Below are positions 14,744 through 24,082 of a stretch of 24,253 nucleotides of DNA, one piece after another. The stretch is taken from the IMG/VR virus record IMGVR_UViG_3300032330_000999, positions 1 to 24,253 of that record, one strand, 5' to 3'. The stretch comes from a virus (lineage: Duplodnaviria; Caudoviricetes). The translations under genes were made by a program, and so were the position numbers. Positions within the stretch are counted from its first letter, which is position 1. Every line of letters begins with the position of its first letter. The notes beneath the pieces are model-generated. The model made no database searches. It had not been told where the DNA came from and saw only the letters and a list, made by a program, of their open reading frames with translations.

Positions 14744-17308
14744 ATGCCAGAGATGCCAATTCCTCAAGAATACAATCGATTCATCGAAGGTCAAGAATCC
14801 GTTGATGAAGAGAACAATCTTGAAGGTGATGACTCCGTTTATGACATGTTTGACCAAGAGTCAGAAGTTGAAGAATTAGAAGATGGCAGTGCTATCGTCC
14901 GTCTTGATGATTTAAAAGGTCCAGAAGACAATCCCAACTTCTACGAAAACCTAGCCGATAAGATCGAAGGTTTTGAACTTGATCAAATCGCACTGAAATA
15001 CCTAGATTTAATAGAAAAAGACAAAGATGCTCGAGAAGAGCGTGATAAACAGTACGAAGAAGGCTTGCGTCGTACTGGTTTAGGTCACGATGCTCCTGGA
15101 GGCGCTCAATTCATGGGTGCTTCTAAGGTAGTTCACCCTGTTATGGCTGAATCCTGCGTAGATTTTGCTGCGAGAGCCATCAAAGAGCTGTTTCCAGCTG
15201 ATGGACCCGTAAAAACCAAGATTATTGGTGAGGTCTCAGAGGAAAAAGTAGAAAAAGCTGAGCGCAAACGTGATTACATGAACTGGCAGCTCACTGAACA
15301 GATTGAAGAGTACCGCGATGAGCAGGAACAGATGCTTACCCAGCTCCCTCTCGGTGGTTCACAGTACCTAAAACTCTGGTATGATGAGCAAAAGAAGCGT
15401 CCATGTGCTGAATTCGTACCTATCGACAACGTATATCTGCCGTTTTCAGCTGGAAACTTCTATACAGCTCAACGAGTTACGGAAGTTCAAGACATTACTC
15501 AAGAAGAATATGAACTCCGCGTTGAATCAGAGCTTTATATTGACGTAGATATTTACAAATCTTCGGAAATGCCCGAAGAGTCCAAGCCAGAAAAGGCTAA
15601 CAACAAGATTGAAGGTCGCTCCAACAAAGCTGAGAACGTAGACGGTATCCGTCGTGTTTATCATATCTGTACTTGGCTTGACCTAGAGAAAGATAACTTC
15701 TCAAAAGGTGAACGCGCTCCGTACATTCTCATGATTGATGAGAACGAGCGTTCCGTAGTTGGTCTTTATAGGAACTGGGAAGATGGAGATGACACCTATT
15801 CTAAGTTGGATTGGATTATTGAATTTAAATTCATTCCTTGGCGTGGGGCTTACGCTATTGGTCTGCCTCATCTCATTGGCGGTCTTTCTGCTGCTCTTAC
15901 TGGCGCATTGCGTGCTCTATTGGATAGCGCGCACATTGCTACAGCGCCTACCATGCTCAAGCTCAAAGGCGCAAAAATCAGTGGACAATCCGTAACGATT
16001 GAACCTACTCAGGTAACTGAGATTGAAGGTGCTCCAGGAGTAGACGATGTTCGTAAGATCGCTATGCCTGTTCCTTTCAATCAACCTTCTCCAGTTCTAT
16101 TCTCGCTCCTTGGGTGGCTCGATCAAGCAGCTAAAGGGGTTGTTACTACTTCTGAAGAAAAAATCGCTGACGCTACGAATAATATGCCTGTCGGTACTGC
16201 TCAAGCGTTGATTGAACAAGGTGCTGCTGTTTACTCCTCGATTCACTCTCGTTTACATGACTCACAAAAGCGCGTATTCAAAGTTCTAGCGCGTTTGAAC
16301 CGCTGGTATTTAGATGAGCAACGCAAAGCAGACCTGCCTGAAGGTTTAGAAGTCAGCACAGAAGATTTCGTAAGCAATACCGATATCGTTCCTGTTTCTG
16401 ATCCACATATCTTTGCTGAATCACAACGCTATGCTCAAATCCAAACGCTGGCTGCTCGCGCAGAAAAGAATCCAGATCTTTACAATCGCTTGGCTGTTGA
16501 AAAGCGGATTCTTAAACAAATCAAACTTCCTGAGATCAATGAAGTGTTACCTGATCCGCAAGATGTTAAAGATATGAACCCTGCGTTAGAAAACGTAGCA
16601 ATGACACTCGGTAAGCCAGTGGGCGCGTTCCCGACTCAAGATCATCTAGCTCACTTCCAAGTGCATTTAGATTATCTGAAAGATCCGCTCTACGGTGGCA
16701 ATCCGATCATGGCTCCAGTGTTTTTGCCAGCCGTATTAGAGCATTTGAAACAACACTTGACACTCTGGTATTTGAATCAGATGGACGGGTATACTTCTGC
16801 TGCGCTGGATAGACCATTCAACGTATTGAAGGTAGAACCGATTATGCGTGAAGCCCAACAGCTACTCGCCGCAGCTGGTCAGCACGTTCATCAAGATAGC
16901 GCTCAAACCTTGCAGGGAATCGGTCCAATGATTCAACAAGCGTTAGGTATGATTCAAAAGATGAAGGCTCAACAGCCTATGCCTCCTGAAGTTCAAGCTC
17001 TGGTTCAAGTTCAACAAGCTGAAACTCAGCGTAAAGCTCAATATGACCAAGCTGATCTTCAGTTACGTGGTCAGAAACAAGCAGATGAGAAAATCACAAA
17101 AGAAGCTCAAATTGTTTCCGATGAACAGATTGAAGCAGCTAAGATTAGTAAAGATATCAATAAGTTAACAATTGAGAAGCAATTTGAAGCTAAGCAAGCT
17201 CAACAACAGATGATGGCTGAGCAACAAATGGCTGAGCAAGAGCAGCAGAAACAATTAGAAGCAGCTGTATTAGCTCAACAGATGTCCCAACAATCAGTCC
17301 AACCATAG
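14744..17308 (+). CDS. Portal protein (large, with Gln-rich helical C-terminal tail)
   Basis: 854 aa between terminase and scaffold/capsid; VVHPVMAE, GLPHLIGGL and PVGTAQALIEQG...IHSRLH match my recollection of portals in uncultured podovirus-like phages; AAGGAAATAATA RBS. Confidence 0.82.
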   Translation: MPEMPIPQEYNRFIEGQESVDEENNLEGDDSVYDMFDQESEVEELEDGSAIVRLDDLKGPEDNPNFYENLADKIEGFELDQIALKYLDLIEKDKDAREERDKQYEEGLRRTGLGHDAPGGAQFMGASKVVHPVMAESCVDFAARAIKELFPADGPVKTKIIGEVSEEKVEKAERKRDYMNWQLTEQIEEYRDEQEQMLTQLPLGGSQYLKLWYDEQKKRPCAEFVPIDNVYLPFSAGNFYTAQRVTEVQDITQEEYELRVESELYIDVDIYKSSEMPEESKPEKANNKIEGRSNKAENVDGIRRVYHICTWLDLEKDNFSKGERAPYILMIDENERSVVGLYRNWEDGDDTYSKLDWIIEFKFIPWRGAYAIGLPHLIGGLSAALTGALRALLDSAHIATAPTMLKLKGAKISGQSVTIEPTQVTEIEGAPGVDDVRKIAMPVPFNQPSPVLFSLLGWLDQAAKGVVTTSEEKIADATNNMPVGTAQALIEQGAAVYSSIHSRLHDSQKRVFKVLARLNRWYLDEQRKADLPEGLEVSTEDFVSNTDIVPVSDPHIFAESQRYAQIQTLAARAEKNPDLYNRLAVEKRILKQIKLPEINEVLPDPQDVKDMNPALENVAMTLGKPVGAFPTQDHLAHFQVHLDYLKDPLYGGNPIMAPVFLPAVLEHLKQHLTLWYLNQMDGYTSAALDRPFNVLKVEPIMREAQQLLAAAGQHVHQDSAQTLQGIGPMIQQALGMIQKMKAQQPMPPEVQALVQVQQAETQRKAQYDQADLQLRGQKQADEKITKEAQIVSDEQIEAAKISKDINKLTIEKQFEAKQAQQQMMAEQQMAEQEQQKQLEAAVLAQQMSQQSVQP

Positions 17309-17317
17309 GAGAATATT

Positions 17318-17593
17318 ATGACTGAAGCAATCAATGCCCACAAAAAGATGGCAATGGGTATCACAGAAGGTAACGTAATGAAAAAAGGTGGCTCCGTTAA
17401 GAAGTATAAAAATGGTGGCGCTATTTCTGAGTCAAAAGTAGCTAATTTACCAGCAAAAGGTTCGCCATTAAAAGCGGATTTCAATGCAGGTAAAGCTAAA
17501 GTAGCAACCATGAAGAAGGGTGGAATGACTAAAAAACCTGGAATCATGATCGCAGTAGCAATCCCAAAGAGAGCTGCTGGAAGAGGTCGTTAA
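17318..17593 (+). CDS. Small basic K/G/M-rich protein with three KxGG motifs
   Basis: 91 aa, AGGAG RBS; MKKGG, YKNGG, MKKGG. Confidence 0.8.
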   Translation: MTEAINAHKKMAMGITEGNVMKKGGSVKKYKNGGAISESKVANLPAKGSPLKADFNAGKAKVATMKKGGMTKKPGIMIAVAIPKRAAGRGR

Positions 17594-17782
17594 TTGAACA
17601 TCGTTAACGAGCTCATAACTAGGATCAAACAAAAGCAACAGGAGATTTCTGAGGCAATGCTTAACGGCAATTGCATCAATTTTGAAAGTTACCAGCGTTT
17701 GGTCGGTCAGAACTTAGGTTTGGAAGAAACCTTGAATATTCTGAACAACATGATAGAGGAGCAAAATAAAGATGTTGAATGA
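17594..17782 (+). CDS. Small helical hypothetical protein upstream of GroES
   Basis: 62 aa, TTG start abutting the previous stop, GAGG upstream; YQRLVG...GL pattern recalled from genes in this position. Confidence 0.7.
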   Translation: MNIVNELITRIKQKQQEISEAMLNGNCINFESYQRLVGQNLGLEETLNILNNMIEEQNKDVE

Positions 17783-18191
17783 TGCAGAACAAACTCTGGA
17801 AGAAGCGTTTCCCGTAGTAGATCCTTTGATGGCACCTTATGGCGCGAGAGTGCTAGTGCAATTACGAGCTGTCAAAGAGCGAGTAACTCAGGCAGGTTTA
17901 TTGCTTCCAGAAGAAGTAAAGGAGACTGAGAAGTGGAACACCATGATCGGTAAGGTCATCGCAATTGGACCACTCGCATTTTGTAATCGTGATACGCAGC
18001 AACCTTGGCCAGAAGGCTCTTGGGCGCAAGTAGGCGATTTCGTGCGTGTGCCTAAGTGGGGTGGCGATCGATGGGAAATTGATTTTGAAGATAAAGGTTT
18101 AAAGGGCAAAGCATTGTTTACGTTCTTTAATGACCATGAATTAATCGGAAAAGTTACTGGTGACCCACGCTCAATTAAAGCGTTCATCTAA
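17772..18191 (+). CDS. groES: Phage co-chaperonin GroES (Cpn10)
   Basis: PYGARVLVQ, mobile loop TQAGLLLPE, GKVIAIGP, VGDFV..PKWGG. Confidence 0.88.
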   Translation: MLNDAEQTLEEAFPVVDPLMAPYGARVLVQLRAVKERVTQAGLLLPEEVKETEKWNTMIGKVIAIGPLAFCNRDTQQPWPEGSWAQVGDFVRVPKWGGDRWEIDFEDKGLKGKALFTFFNDHELIGKVTGDPRSIKAFI

Positions 18192-18210
18192 GTTTTGAAA
18201 GGAAAACTGT

Positions 18211-19182
18211 ATGAATCCAACTGATAAGTTAGAAATGCAAGTAGAAGAGTTACAAGATGGTGGGGCAAGCGTTGCTCTACCTGAAGGTGAAGATAATCCA
18301 CAAACTGAAGAACAAGAGTTAAGCGCGGATTCAAATGAGAATTCAAACGATAACGATGATTCAGGTGATGATGAAGATCATCAAAACGAGAATGCTGAAA
18401 CTAAGCGGTCTCGAACCGAAGAGCGCAGGCTCCAACGACAAGCACGTCAAAATAAGAAGAAAGAGTCTTATTCTCTTATTAATTCGTTAAAACGTCAAAA
18501 TACTGAATTAGCCAACCGATTAGCTGCAGTAGAGAAAAAAACCTCTGGTGCTGAATTGGCTCGTGTTGATAAAGCTATTGAAGACGCTGGGGTTCAAGTC
18601 GAATACGCTAAGATGAAAATGAAAGACGCTGTCAGTATTAGTGACGGTGAAGGTCTAGCGAAAGCACAAGAGCTCTGGTATGAATCTAAACGGAAACTTG
18701 AATCACTTGAGAACCTGAAACAAAATGCTTCTAAGCATATGTCTCAGCCAAATCAAAATATTCAGGTTCCAGACCCAGATGTTCAGCGTTTAGCTGCTGA
18801 TTGGATGGAGGATAACCCTTGGTATGACCCCAATGGTCGCAATGAGGAGTCTCAAATCGCTCAATTAGTTGATAAACGACTTACAGAGGAAGGCTATGAC
18901 CCAACTTCTGAAGATTATTGGGAAGAGTTAGATAGCCGACTTGAGAAATATTTACCTAAACAAAAGGTTACAGGCGCTAATATAAAGGCTAACCGACCCA
19001 AGTCTGTAATGACGAGCTCAGGTAGAAACACTACTGCAACAACTAAATCTAATGAATTTAGACTTAGTCCTGATCGCGTTAATGCAATCAAAGAAGCTGG
19101 TTTGTGGGATAACCCTCAAGCTCGTCAAAACGCCATTCGTAAGTATGCTGAATGGGATCGTAACAACAAGAATAGAGGTTAA
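18211..19182 (+). CDS. Putative capsid scaffolding protein
   Basis: 323 aa, acidic disordered N-terminus, long coiled coils, W...NPWY motif, position between portal and capsid. Confidence 0.65.
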   Translation: MNPTDKLEMQVEELQDGGASVALPEGEDNPQTEEQELSADSNENSNDNDDSGDDEDHQNENAETKRSRTEERRLQRQARQNKKKESYSLINSLKRQNTELANRLAAVEKKTSGAELARVDKAIEDAGVQVEYAKMKMKDAVSISDGEGLAKAQELWYESKRKLESLENLKQNASKHMSQPNQNIQVPDPDVQRLAADWMEDNPWYDPNGRNEESQIAQLVDKRLTEEGYDPTSEDYWEELDSRLEKYLPKQKVTGANIKANRPKSVMTSSGRNTTATTKSNEFRLSPDRVNAIKEAGLWDNPQARQNAIRKYAEWDRNNKNRG

Positions 19183-19184
19183 TC

Positions 19185-19721
19185 ATGGAAAATCGTTTGA
19201 AAAGAAATGCTGGTGCGAATCGTGAGAATCGCGGTTCCACAGCTGATAAATCACGTGCAGCGCCAGAAGATGGATTTGTTTCCTCTGAAGAGCGTCGTCG
19301 TATGTTCCGTTCTGAGTGGGTTCAAGAGGCATTACCGACTCCTCCAGAGATTCCTGGATTTCACCTTTGCTGGTTGTCCTCTACGAATCAATACGACCCG
19401 ATTCACAAGCGTTTACGTATGGGTTACACCCCAGTCAAGGCTGAAGAGCTTCCTGGCTTTGAAAACTATCACGTGAAAGCTGGTGAGCATGAAGGTTTTG
19501 TTGCTTGTAACGAAATGATTCTTTACAAAATGCCTGAAGAGATCTATCAAGAGATCATGGCTGAGATGCATCACTACGCTCCAATGGACGAGCAAGAGAA
19601 GATCAAGGTTCAACAAGATCAACTCTTGAACGCTAAGGACAGTAATGGTAAGCGTCTAGGTCAGATCGAAGGTGACGGTATGGAGTTCGATCAAAGTAGA
19701 AAAGCACCTCAATTTAATTAA
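19185..19721 (+). CDS. Head-module hypothetical protein
   Basis: 178 aa, GAGGT RBS; LPTPPEIPGFHLCW...RLRMGYTPV pattern recalled from genes between scaffold and capsid. Confidence 0.8.
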   Translation: MENRLKRNAGANRENRGSTADKSRAAPEDGFVSSEERRRMFRSEWVQEALPTPPEIPGFHLCWLSSTNQYDPIHKRLRMGYTPVKAEELPGFENYHVKAGEHEGFVACNEMILYKMPEEIYQEIMAEMHHYAPMDEQEKIKVQQDQLLNAKDSNGKRLGQIEGDGMEFDQSRKAPQFN

Positions 19722-19724
19722 ATT

Positions 19725-19870
19725 TTCTGCCCCACTTGTTTTTCTGAAATAAGTGGGGTTAGAATTAGATCACATTTCAAGTGAAGTAGTCGTTCGCTGA
19801 GCCAAATTTAGAAGTAGTCTTTAAAATTGCGTTAATAGCAATTTTGCTCGTAGCTTTGTATGAAAGCTGC
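19725..19870 (+). promoter_or_regulatory. Capsid-operon control region: promoter within an inverted repeat, followed by a structured leader
   Basis: Stem 19730-19741/19747-19758 overlapping TTGTTT-N18-TAGAAT (19736-19765); hairpins 19823-19845 and 19850-19870; GAAGTAGTC at 19783 and 19811. Confidence 0.55.
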
Positions 19871-19913
19871 CTAAAATTCCAAGTTTTTAATTAACCTTTT
19901 TAAGGAGCAACTT

Positions 19914-20480
19914 ATGTCTGCAACATCTGCACCATTTGGCATGCGCCCTGTGTACCATCCAACTGGTTTGGATCGTGCTTTCGTGCTTGCAAATGGTATT
20001 ACCTCAGGTTATGCTTATGACCTGCTAAAAGGACAAGCTGTTAAACTTTCTGGCGGTGTTATTGTCCGCTCAGACGGTACAGATACTATTCAAGGCGCAT
20101 TTGATGGCGTTGAGTGGACTGATACAACAGGTCGTCGTCGCGTAAGTAACTATTGGCCAGCTAGTACTTCTGGCACTAATATCGTTGCTTATTTCTATCA
20201 AGATCAGCAAATCGTGTATGAGATTCAATCTGATGCTACTTTGGCACAAACCGCTATCGGTAGCCAATTTGACATCAGCAGCCCATACGCTGGTTCGACA
20301 ACCACTGGTCTATCAGCAGCAACGCTGAGCGCAAGTTCTGGTACAACAAGCGGTAACAATACACTCCGTGTTATTGATATTGCTCCGTATCCAGATAATA
20401 ATTGGGGCGATGCTTATGTCATCGTACGTGTTCAAATCTCGCAACAGCAGTTTACTGCTAACGTTGCAGCTATCAGTTAA
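19914..20480 (+). CDS. Putative capsid decoration/cement protein
   Basis: 188 aa, beta/S/T/G-rich, TAAGGAG RBS, directly upstream of the major capsid gene. Confidence 0.6.
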   Translation: MSATSAPFGMRPVYHPTGLDRAFVLANGITSGYAYDLLKGQAVKLSGGVIVRSDGTDTIQGAFDGVEWTDTTGRRRVSNYWPASTSGTNIVAYFYQDQQIVYEIQSDATLAQTAIGSQFDISSPYAGSTTTGLSAATLSASSGTTSGNNTLRVIDIAPYPDNNWGDAYVIVRVQISQQQFTANVAAIS

Positions 20481-20492
20481 GGAGAGTAGAAC

Positions 20493-21407
20493 ATGGCTGC
20501 TCCAATGAGAAGTACGGATTTCCGTTCAATTGTAGAACCGATCCTAAATGAAGCTTTTGATGGTGTATATGACCAACGTGCAGACGAATGGTCCACTGTA
20601 TTCCGTGAACAAGCTGGTATTCCACGCAACTACCATGAAGAACCTGTATTGTATGGTTTCGGTGCTGCTCCTCAGTTACCTGACGGATCACCTGTAACCT
20701 ATCAACAAGGTGGTGTGCTGTTCTTACAACGCTACGTTTACCAAGTATTCGGATTGGCATTTGCTTTGACCAAAGTTTTGGTTGAAGACGGTGATCATAT
20801 CCGTATCGGTCAAGTGTATGCGAAGCACTTAGCTCAATCTTTGGTTGAAACCAAAGAATTACTCTGCGCTAACGTATTGAACCGTGCATTTAACTCTTCA
20901 TACGCAGGTGGCGATGGTGTTCAATTGAACTCCAATGCACACCCAATTGTTAGCGGTACTGCAAGCAACTTGCTCGCAACTGCTGCTAACCTGTCCCAGA
21001 CTTCTTTGGAACAAATGTTAATCCAGATTCGTCAAGCTGTTGACAACAACGGCAAGAAGATTCGTCTGCAACCATTGAAATTGGTTGTAGCTCCTGGTAA
21101 CGTGTTCCAAGCTGAAGTTCTGTTGAAGTCTGTATTGCGTACTGGTACTGCCAACAACGACATCAACCCAATCAAATCGATTGGTTTGTTGCCAGAAGGC
21201 GCATCAGTAATCTCTCGTTTGACTTCAGCCACTAACTGGTGGGTAGAGACAGATGCTCCAGAAGGTATGAAACTCTTGATGCGTCGTGCGCTTGAGAAAA
21301 CCATGGAAGGCGATTTCGAAACCGACTCCATGCGTTACAAAGCAACCGAGCGTTATCAGGTGGGTTGGACCGACTGGCGTGCTATGTACGGAACTCCAGG
21401 AGTTTAA
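20493..21407 (+). CDS. Major capsid protein (HK97 fold, Mu gpT-like)
   Basis: 304 aa, TAAGGAG RBS, followed by a terminator; GFGAAP...DG...Y, DGVQL.S.AHP, LVVAP and GDFETDSMRYKATERY..GWTDWR..YG.PG are typical of this capsid family. Confidence 0.88.
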   Translation: MAAPMRSTDFRSIVEPILNEAFDGVYDQRADEWSTVFREQAGIPRNYHEEPVLYGFGAAPQLPDGSPVTYQQGGVLFLQRYVYQVFGLAFALTKVLVEDGDHIRIGQVYAKHLAQSLVETKELLCANVLNRAFNSSYAGGDGVQLNSNAHPIVSGTASNLLATAANLSQTSLEQMLIQIRQAVDNNGKKIRLQPLKLVVAPGNVFQAEVLLKSVLRTGTANNDINPIKSIGLLPEGASVISRLTSATNWWVETDAPEGMKLLMRRALEKTMEGDFETDSMRYKATERYQVGWTDWRAMYGTPGV

Positions 21408-21417
21408 TGTAGTAAAT

Positions 21418-21452
21418 GGGGATCAGGTCAAAAGCCTGATTCCCCCTCTTTT
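21418..21452 (+). terminator. Rho-independent terminator after the major capsid gene
   Basis: GGGGATCAGGT-CAAAA-GCCTGATTCCC stem-loop followed by TCTTTT. Confidence 0.75.
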
Positions 21453-21486
21453 AATGTAATGTCTAAGCTTTTCAAGGAGAAAGACA

Positions 21487-22467
21487 ATGCCTCAATATTC
21501 AGACGACCTATTCCTAGGTCCAGCAGTAACTTACATGGGTACAGGTATTCGCCCGTATTCAACAACCTTCACTGGTACTATTGCCACTACTACATTAACT
21601 GTTACTGCTTTGCTTCAAGGTGCACCTATCGTTTTAGGTATGTACGTTGACGGAACAAGCGTAACAGACGGAAGCTATATTACTGCTTTCGGTACAGGAA
21701 CTGGCGGCACAGGCACTTACACTTTAAGTGCTTCTTCTACAGTTTCTAGCGCTACAACAATGACCGCGCATACAAATATTCCATTTGACAATCCAGCTCC
21801 AATGAGCTTAGGTGTTGGTCCTTTGGGTCGCGTTTATGTTTGGGATATCGTTCCACAAGCTAAAGGTAATGCTAATATCGTAGCTGCTGCAATTACAACA
21901 GCTGCAAACTTAACATTAGCTGCAGGAACATCTGTTAAGTCAGTAACATTAACTAACGGAACAACTGGTTTGCAACTAGATGTGCCTCGCGCAGTTAGCG
22001 TAACTACTGGTGCAGGTTCATCAACTTCTGTAAACATTACTGTTTCAGGCTATGACTATTACGGTCAAGCAATGAGCGAAGTGATTGCTACAGGCGCTGT
22101 TGCTTCTACTACAACCAATGGTTTAAAAGCATTCTATGTCATTACTAGCGTAGCTGCTTCTGGTGGTAGCGTAGTAACTGTTTCAGTTGGAACTGCTGAC
22201 GTATTTGGTTGCCCAGTACGCTTCATTGACAAGTCTTATGTAATTCGTTACGGTTGGAACAACGCTACTACTGATGATACTTCTGGTACTTTAACTGTTG
22301 CTGCAACAGCTACTGCAACCACAGGCACTGGTGACGTACGTGGAACCTTTGCTCCTAGCACAGCTGCTGACGGTATCAAGCGTGCTGTTGTCACATTAGC
22401 TTTACCTGCGATCGCTGTTGGACCAAACGCTACTCGCGTTGGTGCACTTGGCGTAACCCAAGCCTAA
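21487..22467 (+). CDS. T/G/A-rich virion structural protein (possible head fibre or decoration)
   Basis: 326 aa, AAGGAG RBS, beta-rich low-charge composition, position after the capsid gene. Confidence 0.7.
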   Translation: MPQYSDDLFLGPAVTYMGTGIRPYSTTFTGTIATTTLTVTALLQGAPIVLGMYVDGTSVTDGSYITAFGTGTGGTGTYTLSASSTVSSATTMTAHTNIPFDNPAPMSLGVGPLGRVYVWDIVPQAKGNANIVAAAITTAANLTLAAGTSVKSVTLTNGTTGLQLDVPRAVSVTTGAGSSTSVNITVSGYDYYGQAMSEVIATGAVASTTTNGLKAFYVITSVAASGGSVVTVSVGTADVFGCPVRFIDKSYVIRYGWNNATTDDTSGTLTVAATATATTGTGDVRGTFAPSTAADGIKRAVVTLALPAIAVGPNATRVGALGVTQA

Positions 22468-22479
22468 TAGGAGAGCGAA

Positions 22480-23256
22480 ATGGGACAATACAAACCAATG
22501 CCAAAAATGAAAACAACTGAGCCATCTGTTGAGTTAAAACTCAAAAAAGGTGGTAAGGTTAAAAAGATGATGGATGGTGGTGAACCAATGATGGCATCTG
22601 CTGCTCGTCGTCGCATGCCTATGGCAATGGCACCACGTGGCGCTAACCCTATGGTTCGTGCTGGTATGCCAATGCGTAAAAATGGCGGCAAAATGGAAAG
22701 CATGCGTGAAGTTGAAGCTCATGAGCGCAATGAAGAAGACGAAATCGGTCGTGTGAAAAAAGAATTGAAAATGCACGAGAAGATGAAAGCTAGCAAAGCG
22801 CACAAAGGCTTGAAAGCAGGTGGTATGGCTCCTAAAGCTGGTCCGAATGTCATGGGTGGTCTAGCTGGTGGTTTGAATGCTACTCGCACTGACAAGAAAA
22901 AATCTACTGGTAATATTGAACTTTCTAAGTTCAAAAAAGGTGGACTCGCTGCTCAAGGTATGGCTACTGCTCGCAAATATGAAACCAAAATTAACGATGC
23001 GTCAAATTTGAAACCTGTTAAGGGTGGCACTGGCGGTATTGAAGGTTCTAAGTTCAAAAAAGGCGGTTTGGCTGCAAAAGGTATGGCTCTTGCCAATAAG
23101 TACCAAACTAAAATCAACGATGCATCTAAGATCAAAACTGTAAAAGGTGGGTCTGGTGGCATTGAAGGTTCTAAGTTTAAATCTGGTGGTCACGTTGCTA
23201 TGACTTGCAAAAGTGATGGTGGCTTTACCGCTATGAAGAAAATGCAGAAGTGCTAA
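22480..23256 (+). CDS. Highly basic K/G/M-rich protein with multiple KxGG motifs and an internal 41-aa repeat
   Basis: 258 aa, AGGAG RBS, terminator downstream. Confidence 0.82.
   Translation: MGQYKPMPKMKTTEPSVELKLKKGGKVKKMMDGGEPMMASAARRRMPMAMAPRGANPMVRAGMPMRKNGGKMESMREVEAHERNEEDEIGRVKKELKMHEKMKASKAHKGLKAGGMAPKAGPNVMGGLAGGLNATRTDKKKSTGNIELSKFKKGGLAAQGMATARKYETKINDASNLKPVKGGTGGIEGSKFKKGGLAAKGMALANKYQTKINDASKIKTVKGGSGGIEGSKFKSGGHVAMTCKSDGGFTAMKKMQKC
22924..23190 (+). repeat. In-frame 123-bp (41-aa) tandem repeat, two full units plus a partial third
   Basis: TCTAAGTTYAAA (SKFK) starts at 22924, 23047 and 23170, exactly 123 nt apart. Confidence 0.92.
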
Positions 23257-23260
23257 GATT

Positions 23261-23288
23261 GGTCGGGAGCTTCGGCTCCCACCTTTTT
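23261..23288 (+). terminator. Rho-independent terminator with UUCG tetraloop
   Basis: GGT(C)GGGAGC-TTCG-GCTCCCACC-TTTTT. Confidence 0.88.
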
Positions 23289-23300
23289 AAAGGATAGATT

Positions 23301-24080
23301 ATGAGTAATAATATTGTTGCTTCAGTTACAAGAGCTGGGGCATATGAGCCTTTCGATTTGCAAGTGTCTCGTAATCAAATTTTAGGTCATAGCACCTTAA
23401 GTTTGTTTGGTTATCAAACATCAGTTACTACAACGTCGATTCCAGTTTGGGAAAACGCATCAACCTATACTTACCCAACATCAGCATCAACGCTGACTGT
23501 TGTAAGCACTTCGGCAACGGATGTGTCTCCTGCTAAAGTTTTGATTAGCGGTCTTGATGCAAACTTTGATCCGATCTCTGAAACTGTTACTTTAACAGGA
23601 ACATCTGGCGTCACAACTACAAACAGTTACCTTAGAGTTAATAGTTTGTTGATGACTGGTGTTGCATCAGGTCAAACTTCAAATGTAGGCGTAATTACTG
23701 CAAAACAATCAAGCAATACATTGGCTCAAATCAATGCGGGTGTTGGAAAATCGCAAAGTACGGTTTATACAGTACCAAACGGATACCAATTTTATTTATC
23801 TTTGGTTGAAGTAAACACCACAAATTCATATGGCTCAGGAACTCTCATTACTTATAAAGTTGTTACAAAAAATAATACAACTGGTGTGACATTGACTGTA
23901 TTGCAACAACCATTTATCGCTACATACAGTGTTGATAGGTCAAATACCCCATTTGTGTACGATCAAAAAACTGACATTCAATGGCAATTAGGCACAAACA
24001 CAGGAACTATTGCCGCTGGAATTATTATTGCAGGCACATTAATTCAAGCCAATAATAACACAACTGGTTCAGGCACTTAA
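23301..24080 (+). CDS. T/S-rich beta-structured putative virion protein
   Basis: 259 aa, AAGGA RBS, late-gene context and composition. Confidence 0.75.
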   Translation: MSNNIVASVTRAGAYEPFDLQVSRNQILGHSTLSLFGYQTSVTTTSIPVWENASTYTYPTSASTLTVVSTSATDVSPAKVLISGLDANFDPISETVTLTGTSGVTTTNSYLRVNSLLMTGVASGQTSNVGVITAKQSSNTLAQINAGVGKSQSTVYTVPNGYQFYLSLVEVNTTNSYGSGTLITYKVVTKNNTTGVTLTVLQQPFIATYSVDRSNTPFVYDQKTDIQWQLGTNTGTIAAGIIIAGTLIQANNNTTGSGT

Positions 24081-24082
24081 CC

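Noticed and set aside
17200-17300. Gln-rich quasi-repeat (QQQMMAEQQMAEQEQQ) at the portal C-terminus
   Set aside because: Low-complexity helical tails are ordinary for large podovirus-type portals.
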